Source: a candidate division WOR-3 bacterium (GTDB taxonomy: Bacteria > Hydrothermota > Tepidihabitantia > Tepidihabitantales > Tepidihabitantaceae). Taken from it: a stretch of DNA of 64,000 nucleotides. Under the pieces are notes generated by a model. That model had not been told where the DNA came from. It did no database searches and saw only the letters and a program-made list of their open reading frames with translations. The stretch's first letter is position 1, and every line of letters starts with the position of its first letter. The DNA is taken from the NCBI GenBank assembly GCA_965649205.1, contig CBFGJV010000002.1:68764-132763 (forward strand), written 5' to 3'. This document shows, one piece after another, positions 1 to 9,670 of the stretch. The position numbers and the translations under genes were made by a program.

Positions 1-939
1 CAGCACTTCCATAGTCTTTGCCGCCACAGCAAAGGGCATATTCTCGTTGGTTTCTGCCGCAAGTTCTATGAAATTGGAATGGAAGTCATATTCCCGGGCT
101 TTCCAGGCGAGATAGTAAGGGTCAATCAGTATGCAGTGTCCGCCGATGCCCGGACCCGGATAAAAAGGCATAAAGCCGAAAGGCTTGGTGGAAGCGGCCT
201 GGATTACTTCCCAGATGTCTATGCCGCCCATGCGTTCGCACATAAGAGCCAGTTCGTTGACCAGAGCGATGTTTACCGAACGGAAAATATTCTCCAGGAG
301 TTTGGACATTTCGGCGACCTCAGGTGAGGAGACTGGGAATACTGTGTCCACAAACTGAGCGTAGAAGAGGCGAGTGAGTTCGGTGCAGGTTCGGGTCAGA
401 CCTCCAACTACCACGGGAGTGTTACGGGTGGTGAATTTCTTGTTTCCCGGATCGATGCGCTCGGGAGCAAATGATAGATAGAAATCTTTACCTGCGACAA
501 GACCGGTGGATTCCAGTATGGGCTTCAGAACTTTGGTGGTGGTTTCAGGATAGGTGGTGCTGCGCAGGATTATGAGCTGACCTTTATGTAAAGTCGGCGC
601 AATACGACGACCGGCATCCGCGATAAAGCTGACATCCGGGTCTTTGGTAGCGGTGAAGGGAGTAGGTACGCATATGTTCACAATATCGCACTCGTGGCAT
701 ACCCGATAGTCGCTTGTAGCCCGGAATTTCTTCCTTACTTCCCTGATGTCGGAGGAAGGCACGTCTTCTATGAAACTCCGACCTGCTCGTATGGCGGCAA
801 TTTTTGCAGGATCCACGTCCACGCCTATGCATTCGTACCCGGCGCGGGCAATTTCCACGGACAGCGGCAGTCCGACATAACCGATGCCTATGACTGCCAC
901 TCGGGCTTTCTTATTGAGAATTTTGTCTTTTAAGTCCAT
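1..939 (-). CDS. Nucleotide-sugar dehydrogenase (UDP-GlcNAc/UDP-ManNAc 6-dehydrogenase, WbpA/WecC family); runs off the left edge
   Basis: Not in ORF track. Manual translation from ATG 939: MDLKDKILNKKARVAVIGIGYVGLPL...GVDVD...ICVPTP. Rossmann GxGxxG motif; GGAGAAAGGA SD upstream. Confidence 0.9.
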   Translation of the reverse strand, partial: MDLKDKILNKKARVAVIGIGYVGLPLSVEIARAGYECIGVDVDPAKIAAIRAGRSFIEDVPSSDIREVRKKFRATSDYRVCHECDIVNICVPTPFTATKDPDVSFIADAGRRIAPTLHKGQLIILRSTTYPETTTKVLKPILESTGLVAGKDFYLSFAPERIDPGNKKFTTRNTPVVVGGLTRTCTELTRLFYAQFVDTVFPVSSPEVAEMSKLLENIFRSVNIALVNELALMCERMGGIDIWEVIQAASTKPFGFMPFYPGPGIGGHCILIDPYYLAWKAREYDFHSNFIELAAETNENMPFAVAAKTMEVL

Positions 940-998
940 ATCTATTCCTTTCTCCAAAGCCGTTTGGCGGTTTATCTGGTCATTTGCGGTTTCGTCTT

Positions 999-2540
999 TT
1001 ACCAGACAGAGCGGTCCAGACTGCGATACTGTACCGCCTCTGTGAGTTGTCGGGTGGCTATTGTAGCAGAATTATCTAGGTCGGCAATGGTGCGGGCCAC
1101 CTTGAGCACGCGATGATAGGCGCGGGCGGAGAGTCCCAGCCGTTCAATAGCGGTGCGCAGGAAGTTCTCGCTCTCCGGGCTGATCTGGCAGAACTGGCGT
1201 ATGTGGCGAGGAGACATCTGCGAGTTGGCATAAACCGGACGCCGGCTGCGGATGGCGGAGAAACGTTGGCGCTGTCTTTCTCTGGCCTGCTTTACCCGCA
1301 GGGAGATTTCAGCCGAGCTTTCGCCCGAGGTTCCAGTTGTCATTTCCCGGTATTTGAGGGCCGGCACTTCCACGTGCAGGTCAATTCTGTCCAGAAGAGG
1401 GCCGGAGATGCGAGAGCGATAATTGCGTACCTTCAGAGGAGTGCAGGTACAGACGTGTCCCGGGGCTCCGTAATAACCGCAGGGGCAGGGGTTCATGGCG
1501 CATACGAGCATAAAGCGGGCGGGGAAGGTAAGCGTAGATTTGGCGCGGCCGATAGTTACGGTGCCGTCTTCCAGCGGCTGACGCAGGGATTCAAGCACGT
1601 CGCGGCGGAATTCAGGCAGTTCGTCAAGGAACAATACACCGTTGTGCGCCAGGGAAACCTCCCCGGGTCGGGGAAAGGTGCCGCCGCCGATGGTCCCTGC
1701 TTCGGAGACGTTATGATGCGGAGAGCGAAAAGGCCGGACAGCCACCAAGGGCTGATCAGGAGGCAGAGTGCCAGCTACAGAATGAATTTTGGTTACTTCC
1801 AGCGCCTCTTCCAAGTCAAGAGGTGGGAGAATAGTGGCAAGTCTGCGAGCGAGCATGGTCTTACCGCTTCCGGGTGGTCCAACCAGAAGCAGGTTATGCG
1901 CACCGGCAGCAGCTATTTCCAGCGCCCGTTTGGCATGTTCCTGACCCTGCACCTCGTTCATATCTACCTGATAATTGGCGGCCTGGGCGAACAGACTTTC
2001 CCGATCAACCTGGGTGACAGGAATTTGTACTTCTCCCTTCAGGAATGAGACAGTTTCACTCAGAGACGTAAGCCCATAGACTGGCAGACCTTGGACAATT
2101 GCTGCCTCGGCCGCATTGGTTGCGGGCAGAATCAAACCTTTGAGGCCTGCCTGTCTGGCGGCCAGGGCCATAGCTATTGCGCCCTTCACCGGCCGGAGAG
2201 AGCCGTCCAGAGAAAGTTCCCCTAAGAAGAGATAGTCCCGGTACATCGCGGGCGGGAGTCCTTGAAATGCGGCCAGTATGCCTATGGCTACAGGCAGATC
2301 AAAGGCGGCCCCTTCTTTGCGGATGTCAGCCGGTGCCAGATTGACAGTCAGACGACGATTGGGAAAGCTGAAGCCAGAATTTTTTACTGCCGCTTGGACC
2401 CGGTGTTGGGATTCTTTGACCGCAGCATCGGGCAGTCCCACGATTGTGAAGTTGGGCAGGCCTAAAGCCACGTCTGTTTCCACAGAGACTATGAAGGCAT
2501 CTACACCATACACCGCAGCTGAAAGCACTTTGGCCAGCAT
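999..2540 (-). CDS. comM: YifB/ComM family Mg-chelatase-like AAA+ ATPase
   Basis: IVGLPDAAVKES, GPPGSGKT Walker A, RSPHH, LFLDELPEF, MNPCPCG, RISGPLLDRID. Confidence 0.93.
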   Translation of the reverse strand: MLAKVLSAAVYGVDAFIVSVETDVALGLPNFTIVGLPDAAVKESQHRVQAAVKNSGFSFPNRRLTVNLAPADIRKEGAAFDLPVAIGILAAFQGLPPAMYRDYLFLGELSLDGSLRPVKGAIAMALAARQAGLKGLILPATNAAEAAIVQGLPVYGLTSLSETVSFLKGEVQIPVTQVDRESLFAQAANYQVDMNEVQGQEHAKRALEIAAAGAHNLLLVGPPGSGKTMLARRLATILPPLDLEEALEVTKIHSVAGTLPPDQPLVAVRPFRSPHHNVSEAGTIGGGTFPRPGEVSLAHNGVLFLDELPEFRRDVLESLRQPLEDGTVTIGRAKSTLTFPARFMLVCAMNPCPCGYYGAPGHVCTCTPLKVRNYRSRISGPLLDRIDLHVEVPALKYREMTTGTSGESSAEISLRVKQARERQRQRFSAIRSRRPVYANSQMSPRHIRQFCQISPESENFLRTAIERLGLSARAYHRVLKVARTIADLDNSATIATRQLTEAVQYRSLDRSVW

Positions 2541-2553
2541 CAGTGGTTAGTTA

Positions 2554-2588
2554 GGGAGTAGAGAGTAGGGGGTAAAGAGTAGAGAGTA
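2554..2588 (+). repeat. Degenerate 7-bp tandem repeat (RRRRGTA x5)
   Basis: gggagta gagagta gggggta aagagta gagagta, intergenic between comM and yraN. Confidence 0.75.
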
Positions 2589-2601
2589 AGTAGAGCATGG
2601 G

Positions 2602-2958
2602 TCACGTCTGGAATGCTCCCGGAATGTGCTCAATAAAGGGCTGTCCTGCTTCCAGTTGCACAGATACTACGTCAAAGCGTACAGCTGTTGATTCAAGTTG
2701 GTGAGAGACTAGATAAGCCTGTGCCAGACGGGCGAGTCGTTTTTGTTTGCGCATTCCTACTGCTTCGCTGCCGCTGCCGTAACGATTTGAGCTGCGGGTT
2801 TTTACTTCTACAAAAACGATAGTGTTTCCCTCGCAACACACGAGGTCAATTTCACCCAGACGGGTGCGGACGTTTCGTTCCAGTATCTTCATACCCTGCG
2901 TTTGCAGGAAGTGGGCGGCCAGTTGTTCCCCGGCAGTGCCGAGGTTTTTAGAATTCAT
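2602..2958 (-). CDS. yraN: YraN family (UPF0102) protein
   Basis: LGTAGEQLA, GEIDLV, VFVEVKTR, RFDVV; typical rnhB-yraN-comM context. Confidence 0.93.
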   Translation of the reverse strand: MNSKNLGTAGEQLAAHFLQTQGMKILERNVRTRLGEIDLVCCEGNTIVFVEVKTRSSNRYGSGSEAVGMRKQKRLARLAQAYLVSHQLESTAVRFDVVSVQLEAGQPFIEHIPGAFQT

Positions 2959-3578
2959 GGGCGCAGGGCCCCTTGCTGCACGGGAGAAAAGGTTAGACGG
3001 TGAAGAGAGGAGGGGCCGAGCGTTTTCAGCCGTTGGAGGTGTTCGCGCGTAGGATAACCTTTGTGTTTTGCCAGATTATAGCCGGGCACAATGCGGTCCA
3101 GCCGTTCCATCAGCTGGTCGCGGTAAACTTTGGCCAGGATGGAGGCGCAGGCTATGCAGTAGCTGCGCTGGTCGCCCCGCACGATGCCCCGACAGGGAAG
3201 TCCAAGGTCGGGCAAGGTCCAACCGTCAGCCAATACCAGGTCGGGCCGCACTTTCAGACGTAGAACAGCCCGACGCATCGCAAGGAAGCTGGCCTGGCGA
3301 ATGTTTTCCCGGTCAATTAGCTTCTGATTGGCCAGGCCAATGGCCCAAGCTAGGGCCGTCTCTTTTATCTTCAAACTCAGGAGTTTCCGCCGAGCCGGAG
3401 AGAGCTTTTTTGAATCATCTACTCCCGGCACGCATTGGCGCGGAGGCATTATGACCGCAGCGGCAACTACCGGTCCGGCCAGAGCTCCCCGGCCGGCTTC
3501 ATCTACGCCGCAAAGTAGCTTGGCTTCTTTGTGCCGGCGTCGGTCCAGGTTCTGCCTCACAGAAAGACAGGCGGGCAA
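2955..3578 (-). CDS. rnhB: Ribonuclease HII
   Basis: GVDEAGRGALAGPV, DDSKKL, ASILAKV, HKGYPT; exact start uncertain. Confidence 0.95.
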   Translation of the reverse strand: MPACLSVRQNLDRRRHKEAKLLCGVDEAGRGALAGPVVAAAVIMPPRQCVPGVDDSKKLSPARRKLLSLKIKETALAWAIGLANQKLIDRENIRQASFLAMRRAVLRLKVRPDLVLADGWTLPDLGLPCRGIVRGDQRSYCIACASILAKVYRDQLMERLDRIVPGYNLAKHKGYPTREHLQRLKTLGPSSLHRLTFSPVQQGALRP

Positions 3579-3599
3579 GGTCTGTACCCGCCGTTTTGG

Positions 3600-3998
3600 C
3601 TAAGCCGTAGTGGTTTTGGCGTCTTCTGTGCTGGTGTTAGCCGCAGCTTTGTACTCTTTGAGCCGGGCGCTGCGGCCCTTTCTGCCTCGCAGATAATAGA
3701 GTTTGGCCCGACGTACGCGGCTGTGGTGTTTTACTTCTATCTTCACCAGAAAGGGAGAGGAGAAGGGGAAGATACGCTCCACTCCTATTCCCCGGCTTAC
3801 CTTTCTAATCGTGAAAGTCTTGTGGGCTCCTCGTCCTCTTACGCTTATGACAGTTCCTTCGAAAACCTGAATACGTTCTTTATCGCCTTCTACGATGCGC
3901 AGATGCACGGCCGCCACGTCTCCGGGTTTCAATTCCGGATGGGTAGTGGCGGGCTGGGACGGTAATGTCTTAGCCTCAGCATCCTTCTTCTTAGCCAT
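3600..3998 (-). CDS. rplS: 50S ribosomal protein L19
   Basis: [30 protein letters not shown]. Confidence 0.97.
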   Translation of the reverse strand: MAKKKDAEAKTLPSQPATTHPELKPGDVAAVHLRIVEGDKERIQVFEGTVISVRGRGAHKTFTIRKVSRGIGVERIFPFSSPFLVKIEVKHHSRVRRAKLYYLRGRKGRSARLKEYKAAANTSTEDAKTTTA

Positions 3999-4728
3999 AG
4001 CTTAGCTCCTTTTCTAATTCCCGGGACAAGTAGTCCCGCTCTTCGCTGGTCAGAACTTCGTTACGCAGCAGCTCGGGGCGCCGGCGGGCCGTAATCAGCA
4101 GGGCCTGCTGTCTCCGCCAACGCTTCACGGCTGCATGGTCACCGGACAAGAGCACAGCCGGTACCCGCATACCCCGAAACTCTTCCGGCCTGGTATAGTA
4201 AGGTGCGTCCAGTATGCCGGCAGAGAAGGAGTCTGTGTTCACTGATTCCTGGTCGTTGACTACACCCGGCAGCAGGCGGGCTACCGCTTCCACGATAGCA
4301 CAGGCGGCCACTTCTCCGCCCGCCAGTATATAGTCTCCGATTGACACTTCTTCATCCGCCAAGCCGATGCGTACGCGTTCGTCCACTCCTTTGTAGCGGC
4401 CGCACATAAGGATAAGGTGCGGAAGCCGGCTGAACTCCATTGCCAGATGCTGGTCAAACAGCCGGCCCTGGGGCGATAGCAGAACGGTACGGGCTTCTGG
4501 GGTACGTACGCTCTCAACGGCGCGGAAGATGGGTTCTGGTTTCATAACCATACCCGAGCCGCCGCCGAAAGGGTAGTCGTCCACTGTGCGATAGGAATCG
4601 GTGGTGAAGTCGCGCGGGTTGGTTATGGTTATGGCAAGTATACCCTTCTGCTGCGCTATACGCGTAGGACCGCAGTCGAAGGGACCACAGAAGAATTCAG
4701 GAAAAACGGATATGATATGAATCCGCAC
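3991..4728 (-). CDS. trmD: tRNA (guanine-N1)-methyltransferase
   Basis: [44 protein letters not shown]; start moved to GTG 4728 (VRIHII). Confidence 0.96.
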   Translation of the reverse strand: MRIHIISVFPEFFCGPFDCGPTRIAQQKGILAITITNPRDFTTDSYRTVDDYPFGGGSGMVMKPEPIFRAVESVRTPEARTVLLSPQGRLFDQHLAMEFSRLPHLILMCGRYKGVDERVRIGLADEEVSIGDYILAGGEVAACAIVEAVARLLPGVVNDQESVNTDSFSAGILDAPYYTRPEEFRGMRVPAVLLSGDHAAVKRWRRQQALLITARRRPELLRNEVLTSEERDYLSRELEKELSYG

Positions 4729-4756
4729 AGGACCTGCCCCGGGTTTTTTTAGGATA

Positions 4757-4786
4757 CGGGACTCGGGTCCCGGCACCCGAGTCCCG
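4757..4786. other. Perfect 12-bp inverted repeat (hairpin) between khpA and trmD
   Basis: cgggactcgggt-cccggc-acccgagtcccg. Confidence 0.7.
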
Positions 4787-4791
4787 TTTTC

Positions 4792-5022
4792 CTATTCCAG
4801 AATCTCCAGCTGCGCCCGCTTGCCGACCTTCATTGCGGCGGCAGTGATGATGGCCCGGATTGCTTTCGCTGTCCTTCCGTCCTTGCCGATGACTTTGCCG
4901 ATGTCACCCTGACCAACACGCAGTTCATATATCAGCGTTTTTTCGCCGGCGATTTCTTTCACTTCCACCTGGTCGGGATGGTCTACAAGCGCCTGGGCGA
5001 TATACTCGATAAGTTGTTTCAT
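4792..5022 (-). CDS. khpA: KH-domain RNA-binding protein KhpA
   Basis: [29 protein letters not shown]; follows rpsP. Confidence 0.95.
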   Translation of the reverse strand: MKQLIEYIAQALVDHPDQVEVKEIAGEKTLIYELRVGQGDIGKVIGKDGRTAKAIRAIITAAAMKVGKRAQLEILE

Positions 5023-5034
5023 AGCGGTTCCTCC

Positions 5035-5391
5035 TTATAGTTGAGTTTCGTTCACTTGTGCAGATCGTTCTTGACTAGCGTCTGTTGCTGTTTCCAGACT
5101 CGCGGTTGCTGCCGAATTTTCCTCTTCAGCGGTTGCAACATCTTCTTCGGTCACAGGATGTTCTTTGCGGAAGCGGCGGATAAGACTGCGGGCAGTACTG
5201 GTAGGTTGAGCGCCGTGCGCCAACCAGTATTCCACACGCTCCAGTTTCATGGTCAGCAGCTTGCGACGGGGGTCGTAATACCCCAGAGACTCCAGATACT
5301 CGCCGTCTCGCGATCGCCGCGACTCTATGGCCACGATACGATACGAAGGCTGCTGACGCATCCCTATTCTTTTTAATCTAATCTTTACCAA
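5035..5391 (-). CDS. rpsP: 30S ribosomal protein S16 with acidic C-terminal extension
   Basis: VKIRLKRIG, YRIVA, RDG.YLE.LGYYDP, WLAHGAQPT; AGGAG SD. Confidence 0.97.
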   Translation of the reverse strand: MVKIRLKRIGMRQQPSYRIVAIESRRSRDGEYLESLGYYDPRRKLLTMKLERVEYWLAHGAQPTSTARSLIRRFRKEHPVTEEDVATAEEENSAATASLETATDASQERSAQVNETQL

Positions 5392-5416
5392 ACGAGTCTC
5401 CTTTTTATAGACTCAA

Positions 5417-5444
5417 ACGATACTCAAGACTGGTTAAATGTCAA
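5417..5444 (-). promoter_or_regulatory. sigma70-like promoter of the rpsP operon
   Basis: TTGACA-N16-TATCGT. Confidence 0.7.
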
Positions 5445-6142
5445 TAGCGACGGAGTCGATGGTGGCAGGTGTAAGACTGAGAAAGTCCGGCTTAGGTTTG
5501 GGTAGATAAGAGGGCGTTACAATCCTATATCTATTCTGCCGGATTCAAGGGAGAGAAGGGGCTAGGAATCCGGAAAATTCTCAGACTTGGAGGCAGAGGC
5601 TAACGGGCAGGAACTCGGTCGGGCAGGTGGCGTCCTTTTCGGCGAACTGCACGGTAGCGTACCTGTCATACGCGCAGAAGAATCGCTGACTAGAACGTTG
5701 TCCGGAGAACGGAAAAGAAAGCTGCGGGAAGTGCGGGGTGAGCCGACATAACAAGAACCCAGTAGTTCGCCAAGGAAGCAATCTGGAGAGCCAGTGGCCA
5801 GGTGACTGGGGGAACGGCTGGGGGAGCTGAGGAGGGGGTGGCAGGGAAAACAGTGTAACTGGCTGTACGGCAAGGGGTTAGGTCAGAAATCATATGGGCC
5901 GCGGGTAATACTTATGGGTATTATTGCTCAATGTCGATTCTGCGATTTATTGTTGCGTTACGCTGCTAAATAAGATAGAACAGGAAGGGTGCGGGTTTCT
6001 GTTGGAGATTGTGGATTCTGGTCTTGGCAGTGTGGATTGGGTCTAAAGCGAAAGTGACCCCAGGGGCAGGCGGGGTATTGAAGCGGGTGTCAGTTTTTGT
6101 TTCAGTGGCACAACAAGTTTTGGCCTCTAACTGGCCGGCTGT

Positions 6143-6400
6143 TTATTCTGTATCCGGTTCGGCTGGCGGATAAGCGGGAATAAGGTCTTGGGCAGGTTCT
6201 TCTTCTTGTTCCTGAACAGGGGGCTGCGAACAGCTCAAACGGCTAAAGGTGTACCATATACCGGCCGCAAGCAGTAGGAGAAGAAACAGAGAGACAATCG
6301 TACCTGTCCATAGATTCCGACGACGCAAGCGCTGTACGTCGGAGAATTCGGATTTGCCCAGTTCCTCGTCAAATTTTCTGGGCGGCAGCTCTGGTTTCAT
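6143..6400 (-). CDS. Small single-pass membrane protein (85 aa)
   Basis: C-terminal part of ORF 6143..7006 from MKPELPP; one TM helix and an acidic/Pro tail; promoter TTGACT(6459)-N16-TAGCAT(6437). Confidence 0.65.
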   Translation of the reverse strand: MKPELPPRKFDEELGKSEFSDVQRLRRRNLWTGTIVSLFLLLLLAAGIWYTFSRLSCSQPPVQEQEEEPAQDLIPAYPPAEPDTE

Positions 6401-6502
6401 TGGCGGTGTCGTGTTTCCTGTATTTTTGTGAATGCTATACGCGCGAGTTGGCAAGTCAATAAACGTCTTGACACCAAGGAAGGCGGGGATAATCTTGGCC
6501 CG

Positions 6503-7408
6503 GTGAGCGTGTCCCGTATCTCCAGCTTTGCCGAGCTTCTCGCCATGGCCCGCCAGCGCGGCCCCAGGCGTTGCGTAGTGGCCTGTGGGGACGACTGCGC
6601 TACTCTGGAAGCGTTGGCTGCTGCCCGGTTGCAAGGCATAGCCCAGGGTGTGGTGTATGGCCAGAGGGAAAGGGTGAGCACCATCTGTGCCAGCTTGAAG
6701 ATAGACGAGTCGCAGATTGAGGTTCATGACGTATCCGAACCGGAGCAGGCGGTTATGGCAGCGGTGGCCGATGTGGCAAGAAACGGCGATTTTCTCATGA
6801 AGGGGCAGGTTGATACCACCACTTTCTTGCGCGGAGTGCTGGATGAAAAAGCGGGTTTGCGCGGGGAGCGTATTCTGTCGCATGTGGCGTTGTTGGAACT
6901 TTCCACATATCATAAGCTTCTGGCAGTGACGGATGGCGGTATTAATGCGGAGCTGGACCTGAAGAGGAAGATTGACATAGTGCGCAATGCCATAGAGCTG
7001 GCTCACCGGCTGGGTAACGAGCGGCCCAAAGTGGCTCTATTGTCCGCCGTGGAACGTATCAAGCTCAACTTGGCCGAAACTCTGGACTGGGCCATAATTA
7101 CCAGGATGGGAGACCAGGGAGATTTTGGCCAGGCGGTAGTGGAAGGGCCGCTGGCCGCGGATGTGGCGTTGTCCCGGGAGGCGGCCCGCATAAAGCGGGT
7201 GGCAAGCGAGGTTTCCGGAGATGTAGATGTGCTCGTGGTGCCAACGATGACTTCGGGCAACATTCTGGCCAAGGGACTGCAGCATCTGGGCGGCGCCATA
7301 GCCGCAGGTATCGTGGTGGGTGCAAACAAACCGGTGGTGATGCTCTCTCGGGCAGACAATGCAGAAACGAAATTGTACTCTATTGCTCTGGGAAATGTAT
7401 CTTCGTAA
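6503..7408 (+). CDS. Phosphate butyryl/acetyltransferase (Ptb-like)
   Basis: LMKGQVDT, LSHVAL, TDGGIN, PKVALLSAVE, VEGPLAADVA, GNILAK, SRAD; GTG 6503 lies 7 nt after TTGACA-N16-TAATCT. Confidence 0.88.
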   Translation: MSVSRISSFAELLAMARQRGPRRCVVACGDDCATLEALAAARLQGIAQGVVYGQRERVSTICASLKIDESQIEVHDVSEPEQAVMAAVADVARNGDFLMKGQVDTTTFLRGVLDEKAGLRGERILSHVALLELSTYHKLLAVTDGGINAELDLKRKIDIVRNAIELAHRLGNERPKVALLSAVERIKLNLAETLDWAIITRMGDQGDFGQAVVEGPLAADVALSREAARIKRVASEVSGDVDVLVVPTMTSGNILAKGLQHLGGAIAAGIVVGANKPVVMLSRADNAETKLYSIALGNVSS

Positions 7409-7438
7409 CGTAGAGAAAATCAGAACGGAGGAAAGCAG

Positions 7439-7813
7439 ATGGAAGCGGTAAGGACAGATAGAGCACCAGCCCCAATAGGGCCTTACAGTCAGGCAGTAAA
7501 ATGCAAAGGCTTTGTTTTTACTTCTGGTCAGATTAGCCTTGACCCCGGCAGCGGCCAGCTGGTGCAAGCAACTATTGAAGCAGAGACGGAGCAGGTGTTT
7601 GCTAATCTGGCGGCAGTGCTGGAGGCTGCGGGGACGAGTCTGACCCAGGTAGTCAAGGCGACTGTATTTTTGACGGATATGGGAGATTTCACCGCCGTAA
7701 ACCAGGTTTATGCCCGTTACTTTCGTGAGCCGTTTCCGGCCCGTTCCTGTGTGCAGGTTTCAGCTTTGCCCAAGGGTGCAAGGGTGGAGATTGAAGTCGT
7801 GGCGACTGCTTAG
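7439..7813 (+). CDS. ridA: RidA/YjgF enamine deaminase
   Basis: APAPIGPYSQA, SGQI, VVKATVFL, PARSCVQVSALP, VEIE. Confidence 0.93.
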   Translation: MEAVRTDRAPAPIGPYSQAVKCKGFVFTSGQISLDPGSGQLVQATIEAETEQVFANLAAVLEAAGTSLTQVVKATVFLTDMGDFTAVNQVYARYFREPFPARSCVQVSALPKGARVEIEVVATA

Positions 7814-8786
7814 CCTGCTTTCTGCGCTGCTCGGATTCCTTTCTTTTGCCGCCGCGCGACCGAGCCACCTGTTGCAGGCGATAGAAACATGCTACCGTCA
7901 GCAATACGACAGCGCCTGGCAGTTGCTTGCGCCCTTGGCGGCAGACACTACTGATCCGGAACCGGTTTTCTGGCAGGCGAACCTGATGCAGATGCTGAGT
8001 TACGAAACAGGAGAGAAGTGGGCGCTGGATTCCTTCTACAGGCTGAATGCCCGGGCAGAGACACTCTGTCGCCGACGGCTGGCTCGGCACAGCCGCGACG
8101 CACACGGGTATCTGTATCTGGGGCTGTGTCGTTTGAGTCTGGCTAATGCCCTGGGTTGGGAAAGAAGGCGAGTGCAGGCTCTGCAGGTGCTGCTGGGAGC
8201 TGCTGCTCCGCTGGAGAAGGCGAGAGAGCTGGATAGCACGCTCAGGGGTGTATGCTATGGTCTGGGAATGGTAGAGTACTTTCGTTCTCGAGCCGACAAG
8301 TATCTTCTGAGTCTGGGCATTTTGGGAAGCAGGGACCGGGCGCTGAACCTGTTGCGCCGAGCGGCTGCAGATTCCGGTCCCTGCGCGGCGCCGGCCCGGT
8401 TTGCCCTCGCCTGGATATTAGGCCAGGAGCAGGAGTACGAGAAAGCACTGGTCTCTTGTCACGAATTACTGCGGAGTTATCCTGAGAACCGGATGGTTAT
8501 GCGCACGATGCGCGATATCAGGCTGAGAAAGGCGGATTACGATTCGGTTCTGGCGGTCGGGCGCAGGCTTCAGACCAGTATTCTGCGGGCGTTTCCGCGT
8601 AACCGTTACTATCTGGCAGAGAATTGGTTAGTGATGGCCAAAGCGTTTCGCGGCCTGGTCATGAACGACAGTTGCTTACGTTGTCTGGACAAGGTTATCG
8701 CTTGGGAACAGTACCAGGAAGAGGTGCCTTGGTTGCCGGTTTATGTGGCTGAAGCCAAAGGGCTCAAGAGGGAGTTGCAGCCTTGA
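7791..8786 (+). CDS. Secreted TPR-like helical repeat protein
   Basis: Hydrophobic N-terminus from TTG 7791; helical repeats (LEKARELD, YGLGMVEY, YEKAL...YPEN). Confidence 0.65.
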   Translation: MKSWRLLSLLSALLGFLSFAAARPSHLLQAIETCYRQQYDSAWQLLAPLAADTTDPEPVFWQANLMQMLSYETGEKWALDSFYRLNARAETLCRRRLARHSRDAHGYLYLGLCRLSLANALGWERRRVQALQVLLGAAAPLEKARELDSTLRGVCYGLGMVEYFRSRADKYLLSLGILGSRDRALNLLRRAAADSGPCAAPARFALAWILGQEQEYEKALVSCHELLRSYPENRMVMRTMRDIRLRKADYDSVLAVGRRLQTSILRAFPRNRYYLAENWLVMAKAFRGLVMNDSCLRCLDKVIAWEQYQEEVPWLPVYVAEAKGLKRELQP

Positions 8787-9286
8787 GCTCTGCAATTCCG
8801 CCTTCCGCAGGGCAAAACAAAAGATACGATTTTCAGCCTAACTCCTGCTCAGTTCTGCTGGGCGTGGGGAATCGTCTGCGGGGGGACGATGCCATCGGCA
8901 GTCTTATTACAGAGGAGCTGAAAGATATTGAGGGACTAGTAGTGTTTGATTGTGGTACCACACCGGAGAATTTCATTGAGCCGGTAGTGCGGTTACAGCC
9001 GGCTCGCATTCTGTTGGTGGATGCTTGTGCGTTTGGCGGCCAACCCGGAGAGTTTCGGCTATTTGAGCGGCAGGATTTGGAGCGACTGGCAGCGGGATTT
9101 CTGTCTACTCACACCCTGCCTCTAAGCCTGGTGGTGGCAATGTTGGAGCAGGAAGTGAGGGCAACTATTCAATTGTTGGGAATACAGCCGGAACAACTAA
9201 AACCCTGCGCGGGTCTTTCCCAAGCGGTGCAGGATGCCATACCGGCGTTGCGGCAGTTCATTAAGAAGTGGGCAGCTGGACAATAA
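8783..9286 (+). CDS. Hydrogenase maturation endopeptidase (HycI-like, A31)
   Basis: LLGVGNRLRGDDAIG, DCGTTPEN, LLVDA, STHTLPL, LLGIQP. Confidence 0.88.
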   Translation: MSSAIPPSAGQNKRYDFQPNSCSVLLGVGNRLRGDDAIGSLITEELKDIEGLVVFDCGTTPENFIEPVVRLQPARILLVDACAFGGQPGEFRLFERQDLERLAAGFLSTHTLPLSLVVAMLEQEVRATIQLLGIQPEQLKPCAGLSQAVQDAIPALRQFIKKWAAGQ

Positions 9287-9293
9287 GCCGAAT

Positions 9294-9488
9294 TTAGAAA
9301 CGGGCTGGGCCCGGTTGCTCTTCCACCTCGGATATCGTAAAGCCGATAACCCGGTCGGTGCGGAAGCGAGCAACCTCTCTGTCGGCTCGGAAGATGACCC
9401 ATTCGTTGTCTTGACGCTCTATTCTGTCTCCGTCGGCATAGGCACTGCGGGGGGGATTAGTATCTAGAAGCATGTCAAAACGTTTCAT
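9294..9488 (-). CDS. Hypothetical small protein (64 aa)
   Basis: Strong SD AAGGAGG; promoter TTGACA(9572)-N16-TATTTT(9550). Confidence 0.7.
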   Translation of the reverse strand: MKRFDMLLDTNPPRSAYADGDRIERQDNEWVIFRADREVARFRTDRVIGFTISEVEEQPGPARF

Positions 9489-9610
9489 TTTGTCCTCCTT
9501 TGCGACAGAAAAAGAGAGGGATTCTCATACTCAGGACCAGAAGGAAAATAACCCTTAGAAAGAGCTTGTCAAGCGGAGGCGAGAAGCAGGGACAGGTTTA
9601 TACGCTGATA

Positions 9611-9646
9611 AGGACAGAGGGACAGAGGGACAGAGGGACAGAGGGA
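9611..9646 (+). repeat. 8-bp tandem repeat (GGGACAGA, about 4.5 copies)
   Basis: aggacaga gggacaga gggacaga gggacaga ggga. Confidence 0.85.
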
Positions 9647-9670
9647 ACTGCCGGTTGTTGGCCAAGGAGA

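Noticed and set aside
1113..2048. Long antisense ORFs (also 11885..12619, 62426..63319 and many shorter ones)
   Set aside because: Shadows of well-supported genes on the opposite strand, with no recognisable motifs.
5478..5765. Possible RNase P RNA (GAGAAAGTCCGGC ... ACAAGAACCCAG)
   Set aside because: Both ends deviate from GAGGAAAGUCC and ACAGAACCCGGCUUA, and the internal conserved regions are absent.
6401..7006. N-terminal 200 aa of ORF 6143..7006
   Set aside because: Antisense to ptb and spans the divergent promoters; only the part from ATG 6400 looks real.
9611..9646. CRISPR array
   Set aside because: Short tandem units without spacers; no cas genes.
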